Origin: Pyrinomonadaceae bacterium
GTDB lineage: Bacteria; Acidobacteriota; Blastocatellia; Pyrinomonadales; Pyrinomonadaceae
NCBI GenBank assembly: GCA_043768465.1
Contig: JAYVKL010000045.1
Coordinates: forward strand, 342 to 64,341
Direction: 5' to 3'
Length of the DNA stretch: 64,000 nucleotides
A program made the translations under genes and the position numbers. Positions 53,055-60,827 of the stretch are shown in pieces. The notes beneath the pieces were generated by a model. It saw only the letters and a program-made list of their open reading frames with translations, was not told where the DNA came from and did not search any database. Each line of letters starts with the position of its first letter. Position 1 is the stretch's first letter.

Positions 53055-53281
53055 AAATTATTTTGTAGATTTTCATTCGAGAGCGACGATTTAATTCAAA
53101 CGGCAAACGAACACTTCGATTTTACCGGAACCGTCGGCATCAACTCTTTATTTGATTCTACTCCAAAACGCCCGCGCGTCGAACGCCAAAATTTCAACGC
53201 GCCCGTCAAAGTCCTATTTTCTTTCCGCGCCGGAAACTTTATAATGGCGGCGACGGCAAAATATCACCGTCGCCTAAACTT

Positions 53282-54259
53282 ATGAAATCTTCGCACAAAA
53301 TAATCGTGACCGGCGGCGCGGGCTTTATCGGCAGCGCGATTGTCGAGCGGCTCAACCGACTCGGCGAAACCGATGTTTTAATCGTTGACCGGCTCGACGA
53401 AACCGACAAATGGAAAAATCTCGCGCCGCTGCGTTTCGGCGATTATATTGATGCCGACGATTTTATCGAAAGCCTCGATAATCTGGGCGAAACGCAGGTT
53501 TTGCTTCATTTGGGAGCATGTTCGGCGACGACCGAACGCGACGCAAATTTTATGATGCGGAACAATTACGAATTCACCAAACGACTGGCGAATTGGTCAA
53601 TCGAAAAAGACGTGCGGTTTATTTACGCTTCGTCCGCCGCGACTTACGGCGACGGAGCGAACGGAATGAGCGACGGCGCGGACGATTTGCAGAAATTGCG
53701 CCCGCTCAATGTTTACGGCTATTCCAAACATCTTTTCGATTGTTATGCGCGGCGGAATCGCCTGTTTGAAAAAATCGTCGGCTTAAAGTATTTCAATGTT
53801 TTCGGTCCGAATGAAAATCACAAGGGCGAGATGCGCTCGCTCGTCAACAAGGCTTTCGCGCAGATTCGGGAAACGGGGAAATTGCAGCTATTCAAAAGCG
53901 CGAGTCCCGATTATTGGGACGGCGAATTCGGACGTGATTTTGTTTATGTGAAGGACGCGGTGGAAATGACCGTCCATTTTATCGGTAATCCGGCGAACGG
54001 TTTGTTCAACGTCGGCTCCGGTGAAATGCACACCTGGAACGAACTAGCGAAAGCGATTTTCGCCGCGCTCGATCTGCCGCCGAACATCGAATTCGTCGAA
54101 ATGCCGGAGCATTTGCGCGACCGTTATCAGTATCACACGCAAGCCGATTTGACGAAAATCTATGAAACAGGCTACGAAAAACCGCCGACTTCGCTCCGAG
54201 ACGCGGTTGCCGATTATGTGCGAAATTATTTAATTCCCGATAAATTTTTAGGCGACTAA
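53282..54259 (+). CDS. hldD: ADP-glyceromanno-heptose 6-epimerase
   Basis: IIVTGGAGFIGSAIV Rossmann, YASSAATYG, YGYSK catalytic motif and GLKYFNVFGPNE. Confidence 0.9.
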   Translation: MKSSHKIIVTGGAGFIGSAIVERLNRLGETDVLIVDRLDETDKWKNLAPLRFGDYIDADDFIESLDNLGETQVLLHLGACSATTERDANFMMRNNYEFTKRLANWSIEKDVRFIYASSAATYGDGANGMSDGADDLQKLRPLNVYGYSKHLFDCYARRNRLFEKIVGLKYFNVFGPNENHKGEMRSLVNKAFAQIRETGKLQLFKSASPDYWDGEFGRDFVYVKDAVEMTVHFIGNPANGLFNVGSGEMHTWNELAKAIFAALDLPPNIEFVEMPEHLRDRYQYHTQADLTKIYETGYEKPPTSLRDAVADYVRNYLIPDKFLGD

Positions 54260-54343
54260 AAATCAGTCTAATGAGCGAGTTTCGTAGAGCGCAGCAGCGC
54301 GTATAACAGAAGTATCCGCTGTCGTTCGCTGTGCCGATTAAAA

Positions 54344-54467
54344 GCCGTCTCAAAAATCGGAAATTCTAAATTTTTCATTTTTCATTCTAAATTTTACCGA
54401 GGAAAAAATGAAGAATTGAGAATGTAAAATTTAGAATTTAAGACGACCGGCGGATTTTTGAGATAGC
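54344..54467. repeat. Rep-B-related element
   Basis: gccgTCTCAAAAATCgg...aaattctaaatttttcatttttcattctaaatttt-accgagg-aaaaaatgaagaattgagaatgtaaaatttagaattt...ccggcgGATTTTTGAGAtagc. Confidence 0.65.
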
Positions 54468-54474
54468 TTCCAGT

Positions 54475-54523
54475 AAAAAAGGAACGTCGTTCCATTGTCT
54501 TAACGAAACGACGTTCCTTTCTT
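54475..54523. terminator. Bidirectional terminator-like hairpin
   Basis: aaaaaaggaacgtcgtt-ccattgtcttaacga-aacgacgttcctttctt, between hldD (+) and the dksA-like gene (-). Confidence 0.7.
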
Positions 54524-54615
54524 ATTCCTTAATCTTTGCCTTTAAAAAAGTGAGCCGACAACGCGCTAAAAATCAACACATTTCAAACATTCGACTGCTT
54601 TTTCGACGCGCTTGA

Positions 54616-54969
54616 TTATTCTTCGTCAAACAAACCCTGCTCGACAAGCTGCTGGCAATCCAGACAATAACGCGCCCAGGGAACGGCATCGAGTCGTTTC
54701 GGATTCACCTCTTTTTCGCAGTTCTGGCAAATTCCGTATTCGTCATCGCCGAGGCGCGTCAACGCTTCGTTGATTAAAACCAATTGTTTGCTTTCGTTTT
54801 CCGACACCGCCAGCATGACGTTTTTAGAATAGTTTCTAACCGCCAAATCAACCGGATCAGGCGTTTCGGCATCGTCCACCGAAAGATCGTTGCTGCTTAA
54901 TTTGGATAAAAGAACCGCGCGCTCGGCGAGCAGTTTCTCTTTGATGCTTTCTAATTTCAAGTTGCTCAT
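54616..54969 (-). CDS. DksA/TraR-family C4 zinc-finger protein
   Basis: CQNCEKEVNPKRLDAVPWARYCLDCQ, preceded by a coiled-coil region. Confidence 0.8.
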   Translation of the reverse strand: MSNLKLESIKEKLLAERAVLLSKLSSNDLSVDDAETPDPVDLAVRNYSKNVMLAVSENESKQLVLINEALTRLGDDEYGICQNCEKEVNPKRLDAVPWARYCLDCQQLVEQGLFDEE

Positions 54970-55406
54970 TTCTGATATGGAAACCCTTTTATTATTGTAA
55001 ATGCGCGGTATAATTGCTCCGCTAAAATCACCCGCGCCGTTTCGTGCGTAAAAGTCAGAAGCGACAAGGATAAACTAAAATCAGCCTTTTCGACAACCGC
55101 CGCCGCGACACCTTCCGCGCCGCCGATGACGAAAGCGACTTCCTTCACTCCGCGATTCTGCCAAATTTCTATCTTTCCGGCTAAATCAAACGATGAAACA
55201 GCCTGTCCTTTCACGTCCAATAAACAGACGAATTGGCTTTGATTCACTTTTTCCAGAATTCGTTTGCTTTCACTTTCTACGGTTTCATCGCGCAGTTCCG
55301 TGATTTCGTATTTCACGAAATGCGACAGGCGTTGCAGGTATTCCGTCTGCAACGCCTGCCAGTTTTTGTCTCTGGTTTTACCGACCCAGACGAAGCGGAA
55401 TTTCAT
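54966..55406 (-). CDS. rlmH: 23S rRNA (pseudouridine1915-N3)-methyltransferase
   Basis: SPOUT fold. MKFRFVWVGKTRD start at ATG 55406, plus IGGAEG and PHETARVILAEQLYRAFTI motifs. The track start at 55439 would translate part of a hairpin repeat. Confidence 0.9.
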   Translation of the reverse strand: MKFRFVWVGKTRDKNWQALQTEYLQRLSHFVKYEITELRDETVESESKRILEKVNQSQFVCLLDVKGQAVSSFDLAGKIEIWQNRGVKEVAFVIGGAEGVAAAVVEKADFSLSLSLLTFTHETARVILAEQLYRAFTIIKGFPYQK

Positions 55407-55415
55407 AAAACATTT

Positions 55416-55486
55416 AGCCACAGAGATCACAGGGATCACCGAGAAAAATTTATAAACTCTCTGTGATCTCTGTGATCTCTGTGGCT
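55416..55486. repeat. Hairpin with ~9-nt tandem units (CACAGAGAT / ATCTCTGTG)
   Basis: agccacagagatcacagggatcaccgag - loop - ctctgtgatctctgtgatctctgtggct. ~29 bp with 2 mismatches, in the rsfS-rlmH spacer. Confidence 0.8.
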
Positions 55487-55489
55487 GAT

Positions 55490-55918
55490 TTAAATTTCTT
55501 CGGGAATTTCGACTTTTTTCGCGTCGCGCCAGAGTCGTTCCAGATCGTAAAATTCACGCGCTTTCTGCTCAAAGATATGAACGATAAAATCGCCGTAATC
55601 GAGCAAAATCCATTCGCCCGCCGTGTAGCCTTCGACGCGAATGACACGCGAATTCAATTTTTCTCTGAGTTTTTCGGTAATCTCGTCGGAGATTGCCTGC
55701 ACCTGCCGCATATTAGAGCCGCTGGCGATGATAAAAAATTCCGTAAAGCTCGCCACTTCGCGCAAATCAATGGCGGTAATCTCAAACGCCTTTTTCTCGT
55801 TCGCGCTGGTGATCGCCAGTTTTACCGCGTCGTCCAAGTCAGCGAACGGTGTCACGGCGGCGGCGATTTCGATGGTTTCCGTCGCGTGCTGTAAAGATTT
55901 TTCCTGTATTGCTTCCAT
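55490..55918 (-). CDS. rsfS: Ribosome silencing factor
   Basis: RsfS/iojap pattern [32 protein letters not shown] ... [14 protein letters not shown]. Confidence 0.9.
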   Translation of the reverse strand: MEAIQEKSLQHATETIEIAAAVTPFADLDDAVKLAITSANEKKAFEITAIDLREVASFTEFFIIASGSNMRQVQAISDEITEKLREKLNSRVIRVEGYTAGEWILLDYGDFIVHIFEQKAREFYDLERLWRDAKKVEIPEEI

Positions 55919-55923
55919 AATTT

Positions 55924-55985
55924 CAGTTGTCAGTCATCAGTCGTCAGTCATTTTGTAATCAATGATAACTGATGACTGATAACCG
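55924..55985. repeat. Imperfect hairpin with CAGTCAT heptamers
   Basis: cagttgtcagtcatcagtcgtcagtcatt-ttgtaatc-aatgataactgatgactgataaccg. The same unit forms the hairpin inside the riboswitch at 24661-24733. Confidence 0.7.
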
Positions 55986-55986
55986 T

Positions 55987-56691
55987 CTAAATGTAAAGTT
56001 CGTATTTTTCGACGTATTTTGCAACCTCGTCCGGCACGAGTTCGCGCCAATCTGTTTGATTATCACGAATTTTCTGTCGAATCTCCGTTGCCGAAACGTC
56101 GAGATTGACGGCATCGGTGAGGTAAATTTTAGTTTCTCGCTTCTCGTTTCTCGTTTCTCGCTTTCCATCTGAAACCTGAAACCTGAAACCTGAAACCTGT
56201 CCGCGTAAATCAACGATTCGGGCGCGAATCGCTTCCGTCACCTGTGAAAATTCGATTTCGTAATCGGGGCGCGTGACGACGATGATATTGGTCTGCGTTA
56301 AAACCGTTTCCCACTCGCGCCAGGTCGTGATTTCCGTCCAGGAGTCCGCGCCGATGACAAAGTAGATTTCCGCGTCGGGCAAATTATTTACCAATTTCGC
56401 CTGCGTTTCAAACGTAAAAGGCTTTTCGGGAGCGTCGAGTTCGATGGTGGAAATTTCAATTTTAGCTTCGTTCGCCGTCGCCAGACAAAGCATCGCGTAT
56501 CGGTGAAACGCCGAAGTCGGCTGGCGGTCTTTTTTGTGCGGCGCGTGAAAAGCCGGAATGAAAACGAATCGGTCGAGCGCGAATAATTCGATTGTTTTTC
56601 GCGCAATCGCCAAATGTCCGTTGTGAAGCGGATCAAACGAGCCGCCGTAAAACGCGATGCGCCCATGTTTCACCGATTTGTTAAAATTCAT
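55987..56691 (-). CDS. nadD: Nicotinate-nucleotide adenylyltransferase
   Basis: [15 protein letters not shown] (HxGH) and the C-terminal DVSATEIR (ISST-like). Start placed at ATG 56691, with GTG 56673 also possible. Contains a ~25-aa heptamer-encoded insert. Confidence 0.9.
   Translation of the reverse strand: MNFNKSVKHGRIAFYGGSFDPLHNGHLAIARKTIELFALDRFVFIPAFHAPHKKDRQPTSAFHRYAMLCLATANEAKIEISTIELDAPEKPFTFETQAKLVNNLPDAEIYFVIGADSWTEITTWREWETVLTQTNIIVVTRPDYEIEFSQVTEAIRARIVDLRGQVSGFRFQVSDGKRETRNEKRETKIYLTDAVNLDVSATEIRQKIRDNQTDWRELVPDEVAKYVEKYELYI
56133..56199. repeat. Two adjacent heptamer tracts (TTTCTCG x4, CTGAAAC x4) in frame inside nadD
   Basis: tttctcgcttctcgtttctcgtttctcgctttcc + atctgaaacctgaaacctgaaacctgaaacctg. 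Translated on the minus strand as [25 protein letters not shown]. The second tract matches the right arm of the hairpin at 58279-58351. Confidence 0.9.
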
Positions 56692-57727
56692 CGGCGTTCG
56701 GCGGCGGTTCCAAATCAATTTGCTCGCGCTTCATTTCGTCTAATTTTTGCGCGACGGCGTTGACCAATTCTTTGGTTCCCAAATTTGTCACGGCGGAAAT
56801 TTGCAGAAACGGTTTGCCGTCTTTTTCGGCGAGTTCGCGCAATTTTTCCAATCTTTCCGGCACGTCCAAAGCATCGAGTTTGGTGGCGACGACGATTTGC
56901 GGGCGCGTCGCCAGGTTTTGATCGTAATTCGCCAGTTCACGATTGATAATCTCGTAATCTTCGTTGGAATCGCGCCCGGAAATCGAAGAAACATCAACCA
57001 GATGGAGAATCAATTTCGTCCGCTCGACGTGGCGCAAAAATCGGTCGCCCAAACCCGCGCCTTCCGACGCGCCTTCAATCAAACCCGGAATGTCGGCGAC
57101 AACGAAGGTTTTGTATTCGCCCAAATCAACCACGCCCAAATTCGGCTCTAAAGTCGTGAACGGATAATCGGCGATTTTCGGTTTGGCGGCGGAAATAACC
57201 GAAATCAAAGTTGATTTCCCGGCGTTCGGAAAACCGACCAGCCCGACATCGGCGATCAATTTTAATTCAAGCTGCAATTCCTTTTCTTCGCCTTCGCGCC
57301 CCGTGTAATGATATTTCGGGGCGCGATTGGTGGACGTGGCGAAATGCTGATTTCCCCAGCCGCCTTTGCCGCCTTTCGCCGCCAAAAATCTTTGTTCGGC
57401 TTTGGTGAAATCGAACAGCAAATCTTCCGATTCCGCGTCGAAAACCTGCGTTCCGACCGGAACTCTGATAATCACGTCCGCGCTGTCTTTGCCGTGCCGG
57501 TTCGAGCCTTCGCCGTGCCGCCCGCGCTCGGCTTTGTGTTCGGGGTTATAGCGCAAGTGCAAAAGCGTGTTTAAACTTTCACCCGCTTCCATCCAGACAT
57601 CGCCGCCTTTGCCGCCGTCGCCGCCCGAAGGTCCGCCGCGCGGCACAAACTTTTCGCGTCGGAAAGCCGTTACGCCGTCGCCGCCTTTGCCGGAAGCGAT
57701 TTTAATTTTTACGCGGTCTATAAACAT
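56681..57727 (-). CDS. obgE: GTPase Obg/CgtA
   Basis: Obg fold ([18 protein letters not shown]), G1 GFPNAGKST and G3 DIPGLIEGA. Confidence 0.95.
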   Translation of the reverse strand: MFIDRVKIKIASGKGGDGVTAFRREKFVPRGGPSGGDGGKGGDVWMEAGESLNTLLHLRYNPEHKAERGRHGEGSNRHGKDSADVIIRVPVGTQVFDAESEDLLFDFTKAEQRFLAAKGGKGGWGNQHFATSTNRAPKYHYTGREGEEKELQLELKLIADVGLVGFPNAGKSTLISVISAAKPKIADYPFTTLEPNLGVVDLGEYKTFVVADIPGLIEGASEGAGLGDRFLRHVERTKLILHLVDVSSISGRDSNEDYEIINRELANYDQNLATRPQIVVATKLDALDVPERLEKLRELAEKDGKPFLQISAVTNLGTKELVNAVAQKLDEMKREQIDLEPPPNADEF

Positions 57728-57773
57728 TGATATTTTCGATTTTCGATTGACTATTGGTGAATTTCAGATTCGA

Positions 57774-57852
57774 GGTTTTGAGCTCAAACTTCAGTTTGCT
57801 TTCTGCCAGCGAAGCGAAGCAGCAAAACACGCTCAAATGTGAACTTAGAACG
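57774..57852 (+). repeat. Rep-A element copy G
   Basis: ggttttgagctca-AACTTCAGTTTG-..CTGCCAGCGAAGCGAAGCAGC..-CACGCTCAAATGTG-aacttagaacg, in the rpmA-obg spacer. Confidence 0.75.
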
Positions 57853-57970
57853 GTTGACAAAATAAAAACGCGCCCGCCAAACTTTTGAAGATTAGCGAGT
57901 CGCGCCGTTTGATTATGCGAATCTTGCGAAGAATAATTCGCTTGACCGCCAACCCAAATTCGCAAATTAT

Positions 57971-58267
57971 TCAGGCGGCAACGGCGATTTCCTTCGGCGC
58001 GATTTCCGCCGCGCCTTCGGCGTAAACGCTGATAAACTTGCCTTTCTGACCTTTGTTTTCAAATTTAACGAAACCTTCGATCAGCGAAAATAACGTGTCG
58101 TCTTTGCCGCGCCCGACGTTTTTGCCCGGCTTCCATTTCGTGCCGCGCTGCCGCGCCAGAATGTTGCCGCCGAGAACGTGTTCGCCGCCGAATTTCTTCA
58201 AACCTAGCCGCTGCGCGTTCGAGTCGCGCCCGTTTCGGGATGAACCTACACCTTTTTTATGAGCCAT
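57971..58267 (-). CDS. rpmA: 50S ribosomal protein L27
   Basis: [29 protein letters not shown]. Confidence 0.97.
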   Translation of the reverse strand: MAHKKGVGSSRNGRDSNAQRLGLKKFGGEHVLGGNILARQRGTKWKPGKNVGRGKDDTLFSLIEGFVKFENKGQKGKFISVYAEGAAEIAPKEIAVAA

Positions 58268-58278
58268 AATTCTGTTCA

Positions 58279-58351
58279 GGTTTCAGGTTTCAGGTTTCAG
58301 GTTTCAGATTGCATTTTCCAATCTGAAACCTGAAACCTGAAACCTGAAACC
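58279..58351. repeat. 73-nt perfect hairpin: 32-bp stem of GGTTTCA heptamers, 9-nt loop
   Basis: 58279-58310 is ggtttcaggtttcaggtttcaggtttcagatt. 58320-58351 is its exact reverse complement. Loop is gcattttcc. It occupies most of the 96-nt rplU-rpmA spacer. Confidence 0.95.
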
Positions 58352-58363
58352 AACTCTCCTTTA

Positions 58364-58648
58364 CTAGTCAATTTTAATTTCCGTGTAACCTTGCCGATGA
58401 CCTTGTTTGCGTTTGTATTGTTTGCGGCGTTTCTTCTTGAAGACAATTACTTTATCGCCGCGTCCGTGTCCGAGAACCGTCGCGTTCAAGGTCGCCGCGC
58501 CGAACGTCATATCCGCGCCTTCGCCCGATGACAGAGCTTCGAGTTCGACCGTTTCGCCCTCTTTCTTAGCAATCGAAGGAACCCGTAATTTTTGTCCCGA
58601 TTCGACCGCGAATTGTTTGCCGCCTGTTCTGATAATTGCGTAACTCAT
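58364..58648 (-). CDS. rplU: 50S ribosomal protein L21
   Basis: MSYAIIRTGGKQFAV ... RRKQYKRKQGHRQ. Confidence 0.95.
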   Translation of the reverse strand: MSYAIIRTGGKQFAVESGQKLRVPSIAKKEGETVELEALSSGEGADMTFGAATLNATVLGHGRGDKVIVFKKKRRKQYKRKQGHRQGYTEIKID

Positions 58649-58704
58649 TTGTTTGTTATCTCCTTCACACCGGCAGTCTTTTCGTGCCGTGTCGAAAAAT
58701 GTAG

Positions 58705-58734
58705 ATTATACGAAATTATTTCCGGCGCGGTCAA
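58705..58734 (-). promoter_or_regulatory. Sigma70-like promoter for rplU-rpmA
   Basis: Minus strand reads TTGACC (58734-58729) - 18 nt - TATAAT (58710-58705). This leaves a ~50-nt leader with a small hairpin before the SD sequence GAAGGAG. Confidence 0.5.
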
Positions 58735-59392
58735 ACGCGGACAAAATATCCGTCAAGAAAAATTCACCGGTAAATGATATTTTCTCGCCTCGAACGGCGC
58801 GTTAGTAAATACGGAGACCGAGTTTGTCAGCCGACGGTGAAAAATTATGCGAATGCGATGACCTGCCAAAAGCCGCAGATATTTTAATGCTCGAATTATT
58901 TCTGAAATCCGAGCAGTTTTACAAGTATTTTTCATCATCGTGATTTTTATTTGGCAGTCTTTGACTTTGACTGAAGATTTTCGGGTTGCTGGTCCTGAAT
59001 TCAGCGCGTCAAAAACAGCACCGGATTATGAAAAAACTTCGATTTATTTTTTATTACATCAAACTGCGTTCGAGCGTTATGCTCGGCTTTCACCAAACGA
59101 GTTATCCGCTGAACTTGAAATGGCATTGGAAGTTCTGGAAATATCAGGAGAAACAGCGCAGCGGTCGTTGAGACCGATTCTTGTCCCGGTAGTTTTTTCG
59201 CGGCGTTCCCGGTCAGCTTTTTCAAATACTTCTTTCCCTGATCTTTTCCGCTCTTCAACCGAAAATTGACAGCTTTTCGTCCCGGCGCATCTTCATTTAT
59301 TTTTTAGAGCGTGTTTGAAAATTCAAAAAAGACCGGCAATTTTACATTTTACATTCTAAATTTTTATCCGGTAAAAATTTAGAATGTCGAAT

Positions 59393-60613
59393 AGGGCAAA
59401 CGCATTAAAATTTTAGAATTTTCAGCAGGTAACTTTCGTCCCAACCGGCTTTCAGGCGTTTGCTCTTGATTCCTTGTTTGCAACTTTTTTCTTGTTTCAG
59501 CAGATTTATTCCTAAATGCCTGATAATTGCCGGATTTTCTGCCGCATTGCCCGTCCGTGTCCGGCATTCATCTTCTCGAAACCCGATCTCTAAACACCAA
59601 TGCAACTCGTTTTCAATTGCCCAATGTCCTCTCACGGCGCGTAAGGCTTCTTTTGCATTTGCCCCTAAACTGCTGATGAAATATCGCCTTTCGACCGTTT
59701 TCTCGCCGCCGATAACTTCTCTGACAGCCTCGACCATAATCACACTTTTCAGATTTTTCCAGTCTTCTCGTTTCTCCAACCACTGGATTTCTTCGGTTAT
59801 CCAACACCGTCTTTGCTCGATTCGCCCGTGTCCTTTTTCCAATGTTTCACAGTAATCAAACGCTATCTCCCGGAATTTTGTGCGCTCCACCCAATCCAAA
59901 TAATCTTTAATGTCCTGATGTAAATTGCCTTGATTGCCTTTCAAGCTAATGACATAATCCGCGTCTTTTTCCGCTATTTCTTTGACGATCTCTTTTTGAC
60001 AACCCATCGCGTCAATCGTCACGATACAACCGGCAATCTCGATGATTTTTAACAGTTCGGGAATCGCCGTAATCTCGTTCGATTTATCTTCACACTTGAT
60101 TTGTCCCAACCCCACCGATTGCTCACTTGCCCACGCGCTGACCATATTTAACGCTTCTTTGCCGCTTGGCGTTGTCTTACTCCGTCGAATTACTTTCCCG
60201 TCAATGTTCACTAATTGCCCCGCACTCAAACTGACCGCCGAGCGAATCCATTCCAAAAACGATGTCTTTAACTCGTCCGCATCCAACAAAATAAACACCC
60301 GCCGAAAGGTGTCAGGCGACGGAATTCCGTTTTCCAACTCCAAAAACGAGGCTCACCATTCGCGTTTAGCGTGTCCGAATTCCTCGATGTCTTCCCAAGT
60401 TTCCGCCGCACAAATCATCGCACAAACCGCAATCACCAGAATATCCACCAACAGATGCCGCTGATGCTGCTCAATACGCGGGTCTTTGATAGCTGATATA
60501 TTTTCAAATAACGTCTTTACTTTTAATTGTCCCAAGTCATTGCTCCCATTTAGTAAATCTAAATGAAAGTTTGACACATCTTCTCTTTCTACAAAATTTA
60601 ATGCGTAAGCCCT
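59393..60613 (-). mobile_element. ISAs1-family insertion sequence (~1.22 kb)
   Basis: Terminal IRs AGGGCAAACGCATTAAAATTTT / AAAATTTAATGCGTAAGCCCT. Flanked by the direct repeat AGAATGTCGAAT (59381-59392 and 60614-60625). The duplication is 10-12 bp, depending on where the IR starts. Confidence 0.85.
59405..60577 (-). pseudogene. ISAs1-family (H-repeat-like) DDE transposase interrupted by one in-frame TGA
   Basis: The N-terminal 74 aa (...DPRIEQHQRHLLVDILVIAVCAMICAAETWEDIEEFGHAKREW) stop at TGA 60355-60353. The same frame continues ASFLELENGIPSPDTFRRVF ... DKSNEITAIPELL ... TIDAMGCQKEI ... RYFISSL ... HWAIENELHW. Confidence 0.8.
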
Positions 60614-60827
60614 AGAATGTCGAATGTAAAATGTAAAATTAAGCCGTCCAATTTTCGACTAGGTGAATTTCCAAACACGCTCTGATAAAAATCCGCCGGC
60701 AAGATCCGAATTAAACGCGGACGAACGCCGAGAGACACGGATAAAAGCAAAAAACTCAGAGAAAAATCGGCGTTCGTCCGCGTTTACGGGCGGTTAAATT
60801 TCCTTGTTTTTGATTTTCACGAGCGGT

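Larger units (their letters stand above)
59306..60683. repeat. Rep-B element copy split by an IS insertion
   Basis: The left part 59306-59392 starts AGAGCGTGTTTGAAAA. The right part 60614-60683 ends TTTCCAAACACGCTCT. Joined minus one copy of the duplicated target, they reconstitute a Rep-B element like 43163-43313. Confidence 0.8.

Noticed and set aside
58940-59269. 109-aa plus-strand ORF upstream of the IS
   Set aside because: It overlaps ORFs on the opposite strand, and has no motif, no clear RBS and odd composition. It is kept only as part of the unassigned-region finding.
60353-60355. TGA in the ISAs1 transposase as selenocysteine or programmed recoding
   Set aside because: I could see no SECIS-like hairpin immediately downstream. 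ISAs1 transposases are not known selenoproteins or frameshift-dependent. A nonsense mutation is the simplest reading. Read-through is not formally excluded.
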